Shown: positions 33,522-59,182 of the stretch, one piece after another
How positions within the stretch are numbered: the first letter of the stretch is position 1
Layout: each line of letters opens with the position of its first letter
Assembly: GCA_020137815.1 (NCBI GenBank)
Contig: CM035351.1
Coordinates: forward strand, 4,402,001 to 4,466,000
Source of the DNA: Hormiphora californensis
Taxonomy: Eukaryota > Animalia > Ctenophora
Reading direction: 5' to 3'
DNA: 64,000 nucleotides
Made by a program: the position numbers and the translations under genes
Notes under the pieces: generated by a model
What the model was told of the DNA's origin: nothing
Seen by the model: only the letters and a program-made list of their open reading frames with translations
The model's database searches: none

Positions 33522-34113
33522 CAGGCGCAACGAAGCAGAGCAGAACTACACAAGCATGGTTCCCCGGAAAGGCAACTTGGACAGAGCAGTATGCAAATAA
33601 TACCTTGTCAGTTAGACAGACTGGATTAATTAACTGTGGGGCTGTAGGACCGCTACCGGGGATATGAGGTGTCACTGTGCTCTCCAGATTACTGTTATAT
33701 TGTTAATAACCTGCTTCACAGGCAGACATTATTGCAGTACAATATTGCCACCGCGTGTCATGTCCTTCCCACACGTGACTTCTCATCTGGAGAGTAGACA
33801 CTTTGGAAATCCTGGCGAAATAAAATCAATATGGTTTTGTTACGTAAGAGGGGAGGAGGGGGCGGTAGTAGAACTAAAGAAAACTAAGTTTCTTTGTTTT
33901 GATCAAAAGAAATTTGTATTATCGAGTAAATCTCATACGTACAGCGTTTTGTCACAGCAAACTCGGTCAATCGAATAGAATGTTTTATGAAGGAGCACAA
34001 AAAAGAAAGTGAATCGCGACCTGTCAAGAGCTTCTGGCAACATACCCTTTAGTTCTTGAACCACGTTTAACTTGATTTTACACTGATGTGAGGACCAATT
34101 TACGGATTTAACG

Positions 34114-34756
34114 ATGAGTGTTTCTTCTGAAATGCACATGCAACTGATGACGGAGTACGAGAGTAGCTACAATCGATCTCTTTGGGATGAGGAAACGCGT
34201 GTGGGGTATTTTCAGCTGGCTGAAGAACGGAAGTTGCGATTGCTAAAAGGTGGAAAACATTCACCTCTCCACTGGGATCAAAAACCAGAAACTAGCTCAA
34301 ACGAACAAATACCAAAACTGAAAGAGGCCTGGGGAGAGAAGCCAGCTAGTAGGGTTGTTGATCAACCTAAATTCCAATCGGTGATGCCCGAAAACCAATT
34401 CAGTTCAGCGAACAAGACCCGTTTCTGCTCCTGCATTACGACCCAAGAAACCAACCCCACGGACGCCCAAACGAAGCAGCCCTCCCTTCGCTATGTATGG
34501 AAACGCTGCCCAGGGTGTCCGAAAGACGTACAACGTGATGCCAAATAGCAGGGAGATACACCCTTCAGCGCTGAGGGCAAAGTTCGAGAGGGCCAGACTT
34601 AGGAAGCACAAGGAATGCCCAGAACGAGAGGCAAACATGCCCGTGAACAAAAAAGTGATCGCATTTCCTATGACATCGTTTGTAGGTAAACTGAACACCC
34701 AGAACCGACCACGGGGAAGTGGATCATGGTCAACTGAATACACTCGAAACTTCTGA
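34114..34756 (+). CDS. CCSAP: centriole, cilia and spindle-associated protein; single exon with one +1 frameshift at ~34485
   Basis: TEYESSY...RKLRLL...HSPLHWD, then in the next frame FAMYG...KTYNV...EIHPSALRAK...WSTEYTRNF, matching the conserved CCSAP blocks. Confidence 0.8.
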
Positions 34757-34831
34757 CCGTCTTTTTAATGTCCTCGACAGCACTAATAGTCATTCTCTCT
34801 CCTCTCTCGGATTGGTCCATGCCTCGCTGGT

Positions 34832-37800
34832 TTACGGCTCCTCGGAAGCGATGCTCTCACACATGGCCAAGTCCCAGAGATTTTGACAGTTGTATTTGGC
34901 GAGATAGTCCTTTGCGGCAGAAGTCTCGCCGACGATTAATTTTGATGTCCACTTTGAAAAGTAACGTGTCTTTCTTGTACCCTGCAAGATATGTAAAATT
35001 AGTACTGTTATCCGACGTACGTAGGACTAGGAGACTCGCATAGTCCATGAACAAAACAAATGTGAAAGTAGTTAACAAATATTTGAGCTTACCTCCCAGA
35101 TCAGTTTACAATGATTGATTGTCTTCTTCCCTTCTTGATCTTGATCTGAAGAGAGACAGTTTTAGAAATTATGAGAAAATTGTATCAAAATTCACTAGAA
35201 TTTTATTCGTATTGGGATCTTGACGACTTATAAAACGTACTTTTTCTGTTCCTGACATCCTCATTCCACCTAATCCTGACGAGCATGAGTCTCTTGAACT
35301 TTCGGAGGGCCTTGGGTCCTCCCTCGACGATAACAAGGTTGTGATCCTTGTGGAGGAGCATGATACCCGTCAGCAGGAATTGCTGGGCGTTAGTCTCCAC
35401 CTTGTACTTGTGCTGGGGACTACTCAGGTTGTCAATCCTGGAAACGTGGGTGGTGAGAGAAGGATAGAGAGAATTGAGAAAGAGGGTAAAGAGAAAGATA
35501 GAGAGAGAGAGAGAAAGACTTACTTAAAGACAGTCACGTGAACCCCATCGGTCGTATCTTCTGTTAGCTTCGCTATCTTTTTCTCCGTTTTTTGCTCCTT
35601 TGTGAGTTGTCGCTCCGCATTTGATTTCAGATGTTTCTTTTGTCGCTCCGCGGCCTGTGCCCTCACGTTAGCCTCTACCTTGGTCGGGTCCTGCACGGCC
35701 TCCGAACAGAGGACCCTCATCAAATTAGCAATACGAACTGAAGAGAGGAAAGTTAGGTTTGGGGATCTGTAGAGGGTAATAGGGTTAGTGATTACAGGAT
35801 GATTCAACCAGAGTCCAGAATCGAACAGAGTTTAGAAATGATGTTAACCTTTAGGTGCGGGCGGTGCAATGAGACCCAGCCGAATTTTCTCCTGTTCCTC
35901 TCTCTGTTTCTCCAATCTCCGCTGGGTACGCAGCTTCTTTCTTTCCTTTTTAGTCAGTACAACAGCTAGCGGTGCTGCTTGTTTGTTATCACCTGGAGAT
36001 GAGGATTTTAGAGCAGAGGATAGTGAGAATCGGGCCAAGAATGGAAATTAGATGCACTGAATATTGTCTGCAATATGCATCTCTGCTCCAGGACCATGTT
36101 TGGAGGGTTATTATCTACCACACATTACACACACACATATAATGGTACCTGGTGGAGGCTTTGATACGGGATGTTCAATAAGATGAGTTATTTCCCGGTA
36201 TTTGGGGTGCTCAGAACTTCCCAGAATTTCCACCTCCGTAAGAGGACTTTCCGAGTATTCCTCGGAAACTAAGATGAACTTGTCCCACCACTCAATCGTT
36301 GGCACTGGGTCCTCTTTCTAAAATGTGGCCAAGAGAGAAAGTGATAAGGAAATTGACTTTTTATAATTTTATCATTTGGCGAAGAAGAGCACAGTTCTGA
36401 GTTGCATAACAATCTTGATAACAGGTTGTGCAGGTCTCTTAGAAATGTAATCAAAGCCAGCTCACGTACGAAGGAAAGAATTGGAAATGGAACTGGAACT
36501 TCCAAGGCAAATAAAATCCCTAATCGTGAGCTAGACATCTCTTCTCTAAGGTCAAGACCCTTGAGTCAAAACCCTTGACCTTGACTCAATGCCCATGAAA
36601 GCAAGATTCCCACGTATTTTGTTACTTACCGCGAGGGACTCATCGGTAAGCATGATACGACGTGCAACGGTTGATATTCCAGTTCTCTTGGCCGTGTCTG
36701 CGATCTTCTTCTGGAGATCGTGGAGTTTTGTCTGGGCTCTCATCTTCTGTGCCATGACCACATACTTACCCGGGTCGTTAAATTTCATTGGCCGTACTGT
36801 CCGCGTAGGTGCCTTCGACCTGGGGGAGAAGTGGCGTCAGATTGGACAGAATGGATAAATTTAGTGACCTTTCGGATGTGGAGTTAACTGTTGAGTTAGT
36901 AAAGTCCATGTGTTACCACGTTTGATTCAGTTAGTTTCTAGTAAATTGTGGGAGATGAATCATGTACTTACACCATCCTAGCATCAAAGTAGGGGTTAAC
37001 TTGCTGGGAAGGTCCTGCTTCTTCAGCTTTTTCTGGTCTCTCCAACTTGAAAATCTTCCTCTTTGATTCCCGCATATTCACCTGAAACAACACAGGATTT
37101 AGACTGTGGGATTTCGATTGGCTTGTTCCCACGGCTAGAATGGTGTTAGTTTTGACGTTTGGGTGCTAGGAGTGGTGTTTGCAGGAATAGTGACATAATA
37201 ATTTGTAATTTACTAATCATGTGATTACTGATTATGTTCGTGTGGTTTGGAGGTTAGTAAATTAATTACACGTTTGAAAATGCACAAATATCCCACACCG
37301 GAAATAGACACGAACCGGGAAAAGAAGCGTGGTTTGGGTCGTTTAAAATGAAAATAGATTGTCAATAACTAAAGCTCAAAACGTTTAAAAAAGTGAAGGT
37401 CACGATCACAATTGAACGTGTGGATGATTATCAAATCAGTACAAGTGTTCCCTCAAGTGTTGTTCCCTCACTGAATGGTATAACACACCCCCGTAATGTC
37501 ACCAACTGTTCCAATGTCACCACTGGTGAATCACCAGCTACCCCAATGAACGCACTTCCCCCTTCACAATTCAACATGCCTACAAAGATGAGGTCTACTA
37601 CACCGATCACTTTCCCTCATCCTCACCCTCTCACTCTGTTCAGGATTAGCATAACAGTTACACACTGCGTACTGCAAGTGCTGCACTCTCCCCGTGTAGT
37701 CACAGGAAGGGATGTCAGGGGGCGTGTGTGACGGGTTGTAATCGGTAGGGCTCCCAGCCTGGATAACAAATCCTTGCCCATCCTCCATATGTTGGTCTAG

Positions 37801-40800
37801 GTGACAATGGAAAAACCAGACACCAGGATTGTCGGTCCGGATCCTGATCACCACTCCACCTCCAGCTGGTACTATGACAGTGTCTTTGAAAACTCTCCTT
37901 CCCAAACCAGCGGCTAGCTTTGATATGGGCTTAGAGAAGAGTGTTTCCAGCGGCTCCAGATCGCACCTTCCTTCAGGACACTCCGCCCGGACTCTGGGTG
38001 CCACTTCCAGGACCTCAAACTTGTGGCCATGCATGTGGACAGGGTGGGGAAAAGCAGTAACAGATCTGATCACAAAAACAACCGTTTTGTTGAGAGGTAC
38101 GGGTAGAATTAGGGAATGGGGATGTAGGTCCGTTTCAGGGTTAAATTCCGGCTGTATCATAGCGGTATAAGGTTGGACATGCTGGGTCCAGTTTCCCCCA
38201 TCAATGGACCACAAGTGTGCGTATTGTGGTATGAACTGGAACATAAAGTCCACCACATGAATTATCGGCTCCTCCTCCTCAGTGAGAATGGGAGGTTTAA
38301 CAGATGACTGGAGAGCCTCAGCGACCGAAGTTGCGTTATATGTTGTGTCCTCGTGCCCTACATAGTTGAGAATCCTGGCTGTTTCAATGGGCCACGGGTT
38401 GAAGTATTGGGGTGTTAACGGTGTACTATCCGTGTCACCATTATTATAGGTGTCAAGAGGAAGGACCCTAAACACCCCCAGAATTCCCTTCTCCTGTGCT
38501 CGTGATGGGGTCATGGCACGAACCCAATAGGCTCCAACCGTTGTGAAGTTTATCATGACATCAAACCGTTCACCAGTTGTAACCTGAACAATATCAGTTT
38601 CATACGGATCAGTTTCACTCCCATCCGCTGCCACTACGGTTATAACATGGCTATCAATACTGAACAGATATGCAAACAGCCCACCACCAGTTAATCACCC
38701 TCAACCTGTATAACCCCGGAGTAACATTGAATGTAGGCTGGGCCTCCCCGTTCAGCATTCCCTTCAGTCCAACCAATTGCCCCGCTGTGGAACCCCTCGA
38801 GGTCAGGATGGGCGGGGACATTCAGACCTCCCATGGCATGAGGGTGGTCATAACCCATGTAGTTCGGGATACAGATCCTGATAAAACAGAATTATCTCAT
38901 TCTCCCACCGGTATCCTTCACGTATGGGTGAGCCAGGAGGGTGGCACTATCAGGGGTCCCTTGATCAGATCATGCCCCGAGGGGATCATGTCAGAGTGTC
39001 CGTGCCACCAATACGTCCCAGGTTCCTCCAACACCACAAACTGGTAAAGGAAGGACTCACCCTGGAGCAACAGCACACTGACTCAACCCCACCACACCAT
39101 CATACTCCCCAGCTCCGTTCCTCATCTCAAACCCATGCCAGTGGAGAGACAGCCCGTGATCCGATAGTAAGTTGGTAACTTTAACCGCTAGTCTGTCCCC
39201 CACACTAACATGTATCGCTTTACCCCGGACCTCTCCATTTACCGTGTTGACAACCAGAGTCCTCCCCCCATCCATAACTTGGATGTCCCGTCCAATGTCA
39301 AAGTGGTGAAAGTGAACCCGGGGTCCATCCATGTGCTCTGGCAGCACCTTTGAGAGGGTAATTGCCAGGACTATAACAGCGGTGAGGAGGCAGAGACATG
39401 CAACGATGGGGAAGGCCCGTTTCTTGAGGGCTGCGAACTCGAATTGATTAACCATTGCGTGATCTGAAGGTGGAGGGGTGAAAATACTGAGGCATACGAG
39501 ACAAGTTGTAACAATATTATAGATAGAGCCAATTATTTTCAACTCTTTCCAGTGTTTTAGGTGGTTTAACTGGGGGACATAAAAGGGCATGATGAAAATA
39601 AAAAGCAAATATACTATCGGCGTATGAAATTCAAAACAAACAGAAAATCAAAGCATATGGTCGTGAGGACGTGTCCAGGGCTTTAAAGATAAACACGCAG
39701 GTCACAAAGAATTAGGTGGAGGTCATTGCACGCTTCTAAATGTCGTAATGGTAAGATACCAGGGAGGTTACAGTGGTTTCAGTTTACTAAAGTATCCGGC
39801 TCCTCAAATTAAGCGTAGATTAGGATAATCTAGGATAATCTTATCTAACTCAGTCCTCGCTATCTTGACCCTGGGTCATCTTGACTTCGACCCAGAAGAT
39901 ACATGACTGGTGGCAGAATAACATCGGAAGGAATGGCCGACAAATGTCGATTTAAATAAACAAAAAGAGAGGGAGAGAGAGAGTAAATAGGGATATAGAG
40001 ATAGAAAGTGATTACACCAGCGAAAGGCAAAAGAAACAACATCAGTGATCACACTGTTGGCAAATAAGATAATTATATTTCCAAAGCTCGTAAGTGGCAC
40101 AAGGCATGTTATCTCAACCCAAAATCATTCGCGGCAGAATGAAAATAATCTAGAATGAAAATAATCTAGGATGAAAAACTGTCAACGAAGTAAATATTTC
40201 AGGACACATCTGGGACACATCTGGGACGGATCTGGGACACATCTGGGACGGATCTGGGACGCATCTGGGACACATCTGGGACGCATCTGGGACACATCCC
40301 TCATGGTGTTCTTGGAGTGTTCCGTTTCATTATAATAAGTAGGCGGCTGTCGCCATGAAATTTGGTAATGAAATTACCCCTCCTTGCGACTTCGTAACCA
40401 ACCATGAAATGAAGTGGTAGAAGAAACCGAAAACAGTTTATCTCCTTTCAATCGGCCTTGCCCTCCCGGCTCCCGCTCGGGGGCCGGGGATCCCCCTCTC
40501 ACGACTCACGTGTAAATACCCGGGTGATTCAAACGCCCCATGATTATCAATCATGTGATTTGGATTGCCATTATATGCAAATTGAAGGGGTCAATGGTCA
40601 TCCCATAATAATTCCCTGGCAAAACATGATTTAATTATCTCCCTACCTTCAGTGTTGGTTCATGTTTCATCACGTTGATCGTTTTCCCGCTAGCATCCAC
40701 CGTTCGACCCTCTTTATCTAGAACTGGGGCCTTGGAAATGCCAGGCAGCAGCTTGGCCATTCGCTGGTTAATAGTCTCTTGTAACTCAGAAGTTTTCGTC

Positions 40801-43800
40801 CTTGATGCTGGGGAAAGAGATTTGGTTGAGTTGCTCTAGTTTAGTAAAACAATTGGTCGGGTAAAGGGCCAGGGGCAGGTAACAAATACGAGGGGGTAGA
40901 GGGGTGGGTAAACCGGGTTTCTTTTGCGATATAGGGAGAGAGGTGACCTACCCATGGCTTCATTGAGAAATTGCTGGGCTCCTTCTTTCCCTATGGACCC
41001 CTTTGACCGTCTCTTGTCTTCCTCTTTTTGTACCTTAGCCCTCAGCCGGTTTATCTCTCTCATCGCTTTCTCCTCAAACTCTCGTTGCTATGGAAACACA
41101 TGTTACCATGGGCTGGGGGGTGGAATGGGTTCACTATGAACAAGTGCCGAGAATTGCTCAACATATAATCCTGGATATATTACCTGTGTGGGCGTGAGAT
41201 CAGTTTTAATCTCCCTCAGTTTGTCATCATCATCTTCATAGGGCAGTTTTAGTCTGCTGGTCCTCTTCGTATCATACTCATAATCATCAATATCATCACC
41301 AAATACATCCTCAATCCCTCGCTTCTTCTTCTGTCCGGACATCGCAGCATTCTTGTTACTCGCCATTTCACTGATCATCTGGTAGGATCAAAATAGGTGT
41401 TAGATTGGCAGTACAGTGGGGTACTGTATTACAGTATACTGTACTGTGTTACAGCATACTGTACTGTATTACAGTATACTGTACTGTACTACAGTATACT
41501 GTACTGTACTACAGCATACTGTACTGTACTATACTATACTGTAAGCTATACTGTACTGTGCTATACTGTAGGCTACACTGTACTGTACTATACTGTACTG
41601 TAATATACTGTACTGCAGTACAGCCTACAGTAAAACACTCTACAGGAGGGTTACAATAAAGCAGGGGGGGGTGACACGTAACACTTTGTAACATGTAACG
41701 TGCACAAAAAGTTTTCTGCACATGTTACAAAGTGTTACAAAGTGTTACATAGTGTTACAAAGTGTTACATAGTGTTACATAGTGTTACATAGTGTTACAT
41801 AGTGTTACATAGTGTTACAAAGTGTTACATAGTGTTACATAGTGTTACATAGTGTTACAAAGTGTTACAAAGTGTTACATAGTGTTACAAAGTGTTACAT
41901 AGTGTTACATAGTGTTACATAGTGTTACAAAGTGTTACATAGTGTTACAAAGTGTCACAAAGTGTTACATAGTGTCACAAAGTGTTACAAATTGTTACAA
42001 AGTGTTACAAATTGTTACAAAATATTTACAAAATATATAAGACGGTTGGTGAATAAGTAATTTGAACGACTTTGGTGTCTTTCTAGAACACATCTAAAAG
42101 TTTTAAATCATTTCTAGGGTTAAACATACACTTTTTTACTAATTTGCGGATGTTTTGAGCCTCCGATGTCATCGACTGTGGAAATCAGGGCTGAAATAGT
42201 CCAATTGGTAAAGAAAAATATAAACTCAAGACAACGGTAAAGTTTTTAGAGTGATATTGTGCCTCTCAGAGGCCCCCAATGTGCTGAGTCACCTGTGAGT
42301 TGTGACCCAATCGACTTTTTTTCATTGGTAATCGATTCTTTGTACTTAATAAGATGATATACAACGTTTCTGTTGGAAAAAGAAATACAATTTTTCCAAA
42401 ATCAATTTTTTGGTCAACGATTGAAAATTTGCTTCGCTGCAAATCCTTGTGTGTTTGTAAATATTTTGCAACAATTTGTAACACTTTGTAACAATTTGTA
42501 ACACTTTGTGACACTATGTAACACTTTGTGACACTTTGTAACACTTTGTAACACTATGTAACACTTTGTAACACTATGTAACACTTTGTAACACTATGTA
42601 ACACTTTGTAACACTATGTAACACTTTGTAACACTATGTAACACTATGTAACACTTTGTAACACTATGTAACACTTTGTAACATGTAACGTGCACAAAAA
42701 GTTTTCTGCACATGTTACAAAGTGTTACAAAGTGTTACGTGTCACCCCCCCAAAGCACCAGGGATGTGTTGCTAAGGGTCCAGTTAGAGATTTTGCGACT
42801 GACGTTAGTTACAATGAAGCAGGCCCCTGCTGACACTGCTGACACTGCCGCGCGCGCTACTTTACATGCAATTCACATCGAAAACCCTGCTAGTCAACGA
42901 AGATTTGGCGCGCACAGGGACTCTCCCAGCTTGCGCCAGTTGCAGACTGGAGGCTGGCGCCAGAAACTGGAGCCAGCCTCCAATCTGCAACTGGAGCGTA
43001 ACCTGAGTGTAACACCCGTAGAGACGCTCCACAACTTTATTAGTCTCATCCTCAAGTAGGGGGTGGAGCTGCTCTGAGGTCTCACTCTGACTTAGACCAC
43101 GACCTGAGAGGGTTTAGTATTACTACTATTGAGTTAGCTTGGTGAGGGTGGGGTTATAGTTGAAGATTAACATAACTACACCTCTCATCTCCTGCAAATG
43201 ATGAGAAAGACTCTCCATCTACAGTGATGGGCAGTAAAAATCCCCCCAGACATGGTTACCGATATCCTAAAGCGCTAAAATTAAACATTTTGAAAACTAG
43301 CGCACCCATTGGGTGCGCCTCAAGTAAGGGCTTTCTAATAACCCACCCGGCTTCGCCGGTTGGTTTTTTTCGCCCCTTTCAACGTCAATAACACGGTTGC
43401 CATGGCAACTGAATTGGTAACTATGGGGACTGGCATGTAAAAAGTCATTCAAAAATATTAACAAACTTCCACTGGAAGTTCCAAAAGTGTGAGCAACAGC
43501 TTTACAGCTTTGGGTACATGAAGTGTTTTATGAAGGAGCAATGTCGCTTAGATACCGCACTGAACGAACGGCCATCACGACGTTCATCTCCAAATTATAA
43601 TAGAGACTAGCGCACCCATTGGGTGCGCCTGAAATAAGGGCTTTTTGATAACCTACCCGGCTTCGCCGGGTGTTTCTTTTCGCCCCTTCCAACGTCAATA
43701 ACACGGTTGCCATGGCAACTGAATTGGTAACTACGGGGACTGGCATGTTAAAATTCATTCGAAAATATCAACAAACTTCAACTGGAAGTTCCAAAAGTGT

Positions 43801-44050
43801 AAACAACAGCTTTACAGCTTTGGGCACATAGAGTGTTTTATGAAGGAGCACTGTCGCTTAGATACCGCTGAACGAACGGCCACTTCGACGACATTCATCT
43901 CCAAATTATAATAGAGATACCCTCACCTAAACAAGTAATGGCAGCAGTCACAATGGTCATCTCTGAATACCCCAGGACGTCTTGTACGATGTCTGCAATG
44001 GAGGTACGGAGCTTCTCCGTCTTCAGCTTCCCTAACTGTTCCAAAACCAT
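34832..44050 (-). CDS. PRPF3: U4/U6 snRNP protein Prp3, multi-exon
   Basis: PWI-like [17 protein letters not shown]; PTIEWWD; [14 protein letters not shown]...KIRLGL; [10 protein letters not shown]; [25 protein letters not shown]; CKLIWE|GT. Confidence 0.95.
37431..39455 (-). CDS. multicopper oxidase (laccase-like) with N-terminal membrane anchor; intronless, nested in a PRPF3 intron, ~6 apparent +1 frameshifts
   Basis: All four copper motifs: [35 protein letters not shown]; ATG 39455 follows a ccttcag acceptor; ends at 37564, or at 37431 if the last shift is real. Confidence 0.85.
40201..40297. repeat. 11-bp minisatellite (ggacacatctg)n
   Basis: Direct inspection. Confidence 0.9.
41410..41630. 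repeat. degenerate (tactg)n / gtactgtattacagtatact microsatellite
   Basis: Direct inspection. Confidence 0.9.
41664..42751. mobile_element. foldback-type element with G8/C7 termini, 6-bp TSD and inverted 10-bp repeat arrays
   Basis: (G)8tgacacgtaacac ... gtgttacgtgtca(C)7; TSD aaagca at 41658-41663 and 42752-42757; (agtgttacaw)n on the left and (wtgtaacact)n on the right. Confidence 0.88.
43297..43917 (-). mobile_element. two head-to-tail non-autonomous Helitrons (~310 bp each)
   Basis: On the minus strand each unit begins TC(TCTATTATAA) and ends with the hairpin gcgcacccaatgggtgcgc and CTAG; the pair lies between host A and T; junction CTAG|TC at 43607/43606. Confidence 0.85.
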
Positions 44051-44368
44051 CTTGGTGGCTAAACTAGAAATTGGTTATAGATCTTGGGAAATGGGTTAAA
44101 ATAGCTGGGATAGAGAAGTGACACTGACAGTGGTCTGGGCGCCCATCAGAGCTGGGAAGGAGGGTGGCGTGCTGACAAGTTTGTATTTTGTCAAAAGCGA
44201 CACTTCGCGCGCTCCATAACATACTCAATCTTACTGCGCCAAAATCTGGGACACATGCTAAAAATGAGGAAGAAAAGGACTAAGTAACTACTAAGGTACG
44301 ATGATTAAAAACATTCTGAATACAAAACCGAAATAACAGAATGAAAAACAAAACGACTAAAAAGGTAG

Positions 44369-45026
44369 TTAGTTAATAGCATCATACAAGGCTGCTCCAT
44401 TTGAACGTCCAACCACAGAGACAAGTTCTCCTTTGGAAGCTTGACACAAATTGTACAGCGTCCCAAACTTGTCCCGTAACTTCCGGGCTTGTGTTGCACC
44501 AACACCGGGTACTGATTTCAGTGTTGCAACCATAGTCTCGCTACTAGGAGGCTGGCGAGGTCCAGGATTTGGCTTCCTGCCAGACACACAATTCAGAGCA
44601 CACCGTCCCACTATCTTACCAAGCTGGGACAAACTCTCTATTTGGAGCAGGTTAACTTTCGGAACAGCTGCTGAGACCCAATCGGAGTATTTGTCTTCTG
44701 TGGCTAACACTATCACGTGACCAGGCCAGGTAGTTTGGAGGAGTGCCAATAGTTGTTCTGTGGATTGTGGTGTAGCAAACAGTGTTCCATCCTCTAACAT
44801 CGCATCAAACGGTCCGAGGGAGGTTGAGAAGATGATTCGGGAAGACCGGGATGTAGAAGAACAGGATGTTATGATGGGGGTATTCCTGTGCTTCTCAGCA
44901 AATAGAATACAGCGGGATACGGGTTTCGGGAGTAGACCGGGGTCAAACATAGTGTGGTTGAGAAGTGGATGGACGATGGCTGGGATATTGATTTCTTTCT
45001 GACTCCTCTTGTCGTATTTGATTCAT
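44369..45026 (-). CDS. FAAP24: Fanconi anemia core complex-associated protein 24-like; single exon, probable +1 shift at ~44946
   Basis: Degenerate ERCC4-like N-terminal part and (HhH)2 LKSVPGVGATQARKLRDKFGTLYNLCQASKGELVSVVG; alternative start at ATG 44950 needs no shift. Confidence 0.75.
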
Positions 45027-45379
45027 GGCATCTAGCCGAAAACATAAATTAATTATATTTTGAAAAGATCAGGTAAGGGGTAAGGGATTGGAAATAATAC
45101 ATAGTAGTCATAGAATTTGGGTACGATTTGATAATTCCAAGGGAAGCGTAATTTACATAAACCTCGGCAGATAAATATCAATCATTCTCGATAACGTCTG
45201 GGTTGTAAACATAAATAATTGTCAACCATAATAAATAAAATTATCAATAAATTATTTAACTTAGTTATACTAACGCTTACTTTAAAAACTGAATAAATTC
45301 TGGCATTTACAGGAGTAGATATTACGATATTACAATATGAAGTTTTAATAATAATCTGGGATAAGATACAAATATGGTC

Positions 45380-58840
<13,461 letters not shown>

Positions 58841-59182
58841 CTATTTGGGGGGATGTTCAGCTTTTAAGCCATCATGTGAAATTGTATGCACAACATCAGT
58901 GTGCTACAGTTAAAATAGCACTCGAGTGAAGAGAGAACAAAGGTGAAAGTTGTTTAAAAACCCATGAATCATGACCACTCGCTATTCGGGAGGAGTTCAG
59001 ACAAAAGAGAGATATTAAAAAACAGTGCTACTACTCTAACATGCAGCTCACATTAATGTAACACAGTACTTGTTCTCACATTTTACCGTTTTATGATCTC
59101 TGCCTAATCTTTTGGGGTTTATCTTTTGTTGCACGAGTAATTTTTAATCCTGAAGATCTCAAAGCACTTTTTCACCATCTAG

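Noticed and set aside
39041-39060. Possible 20-nt micro-intron gtgagt...ttaccag explaining the first oxidase frameshift
   Set aside because: Splicing it gives the wrong frame and removes the conserved ESFLYQ residues.
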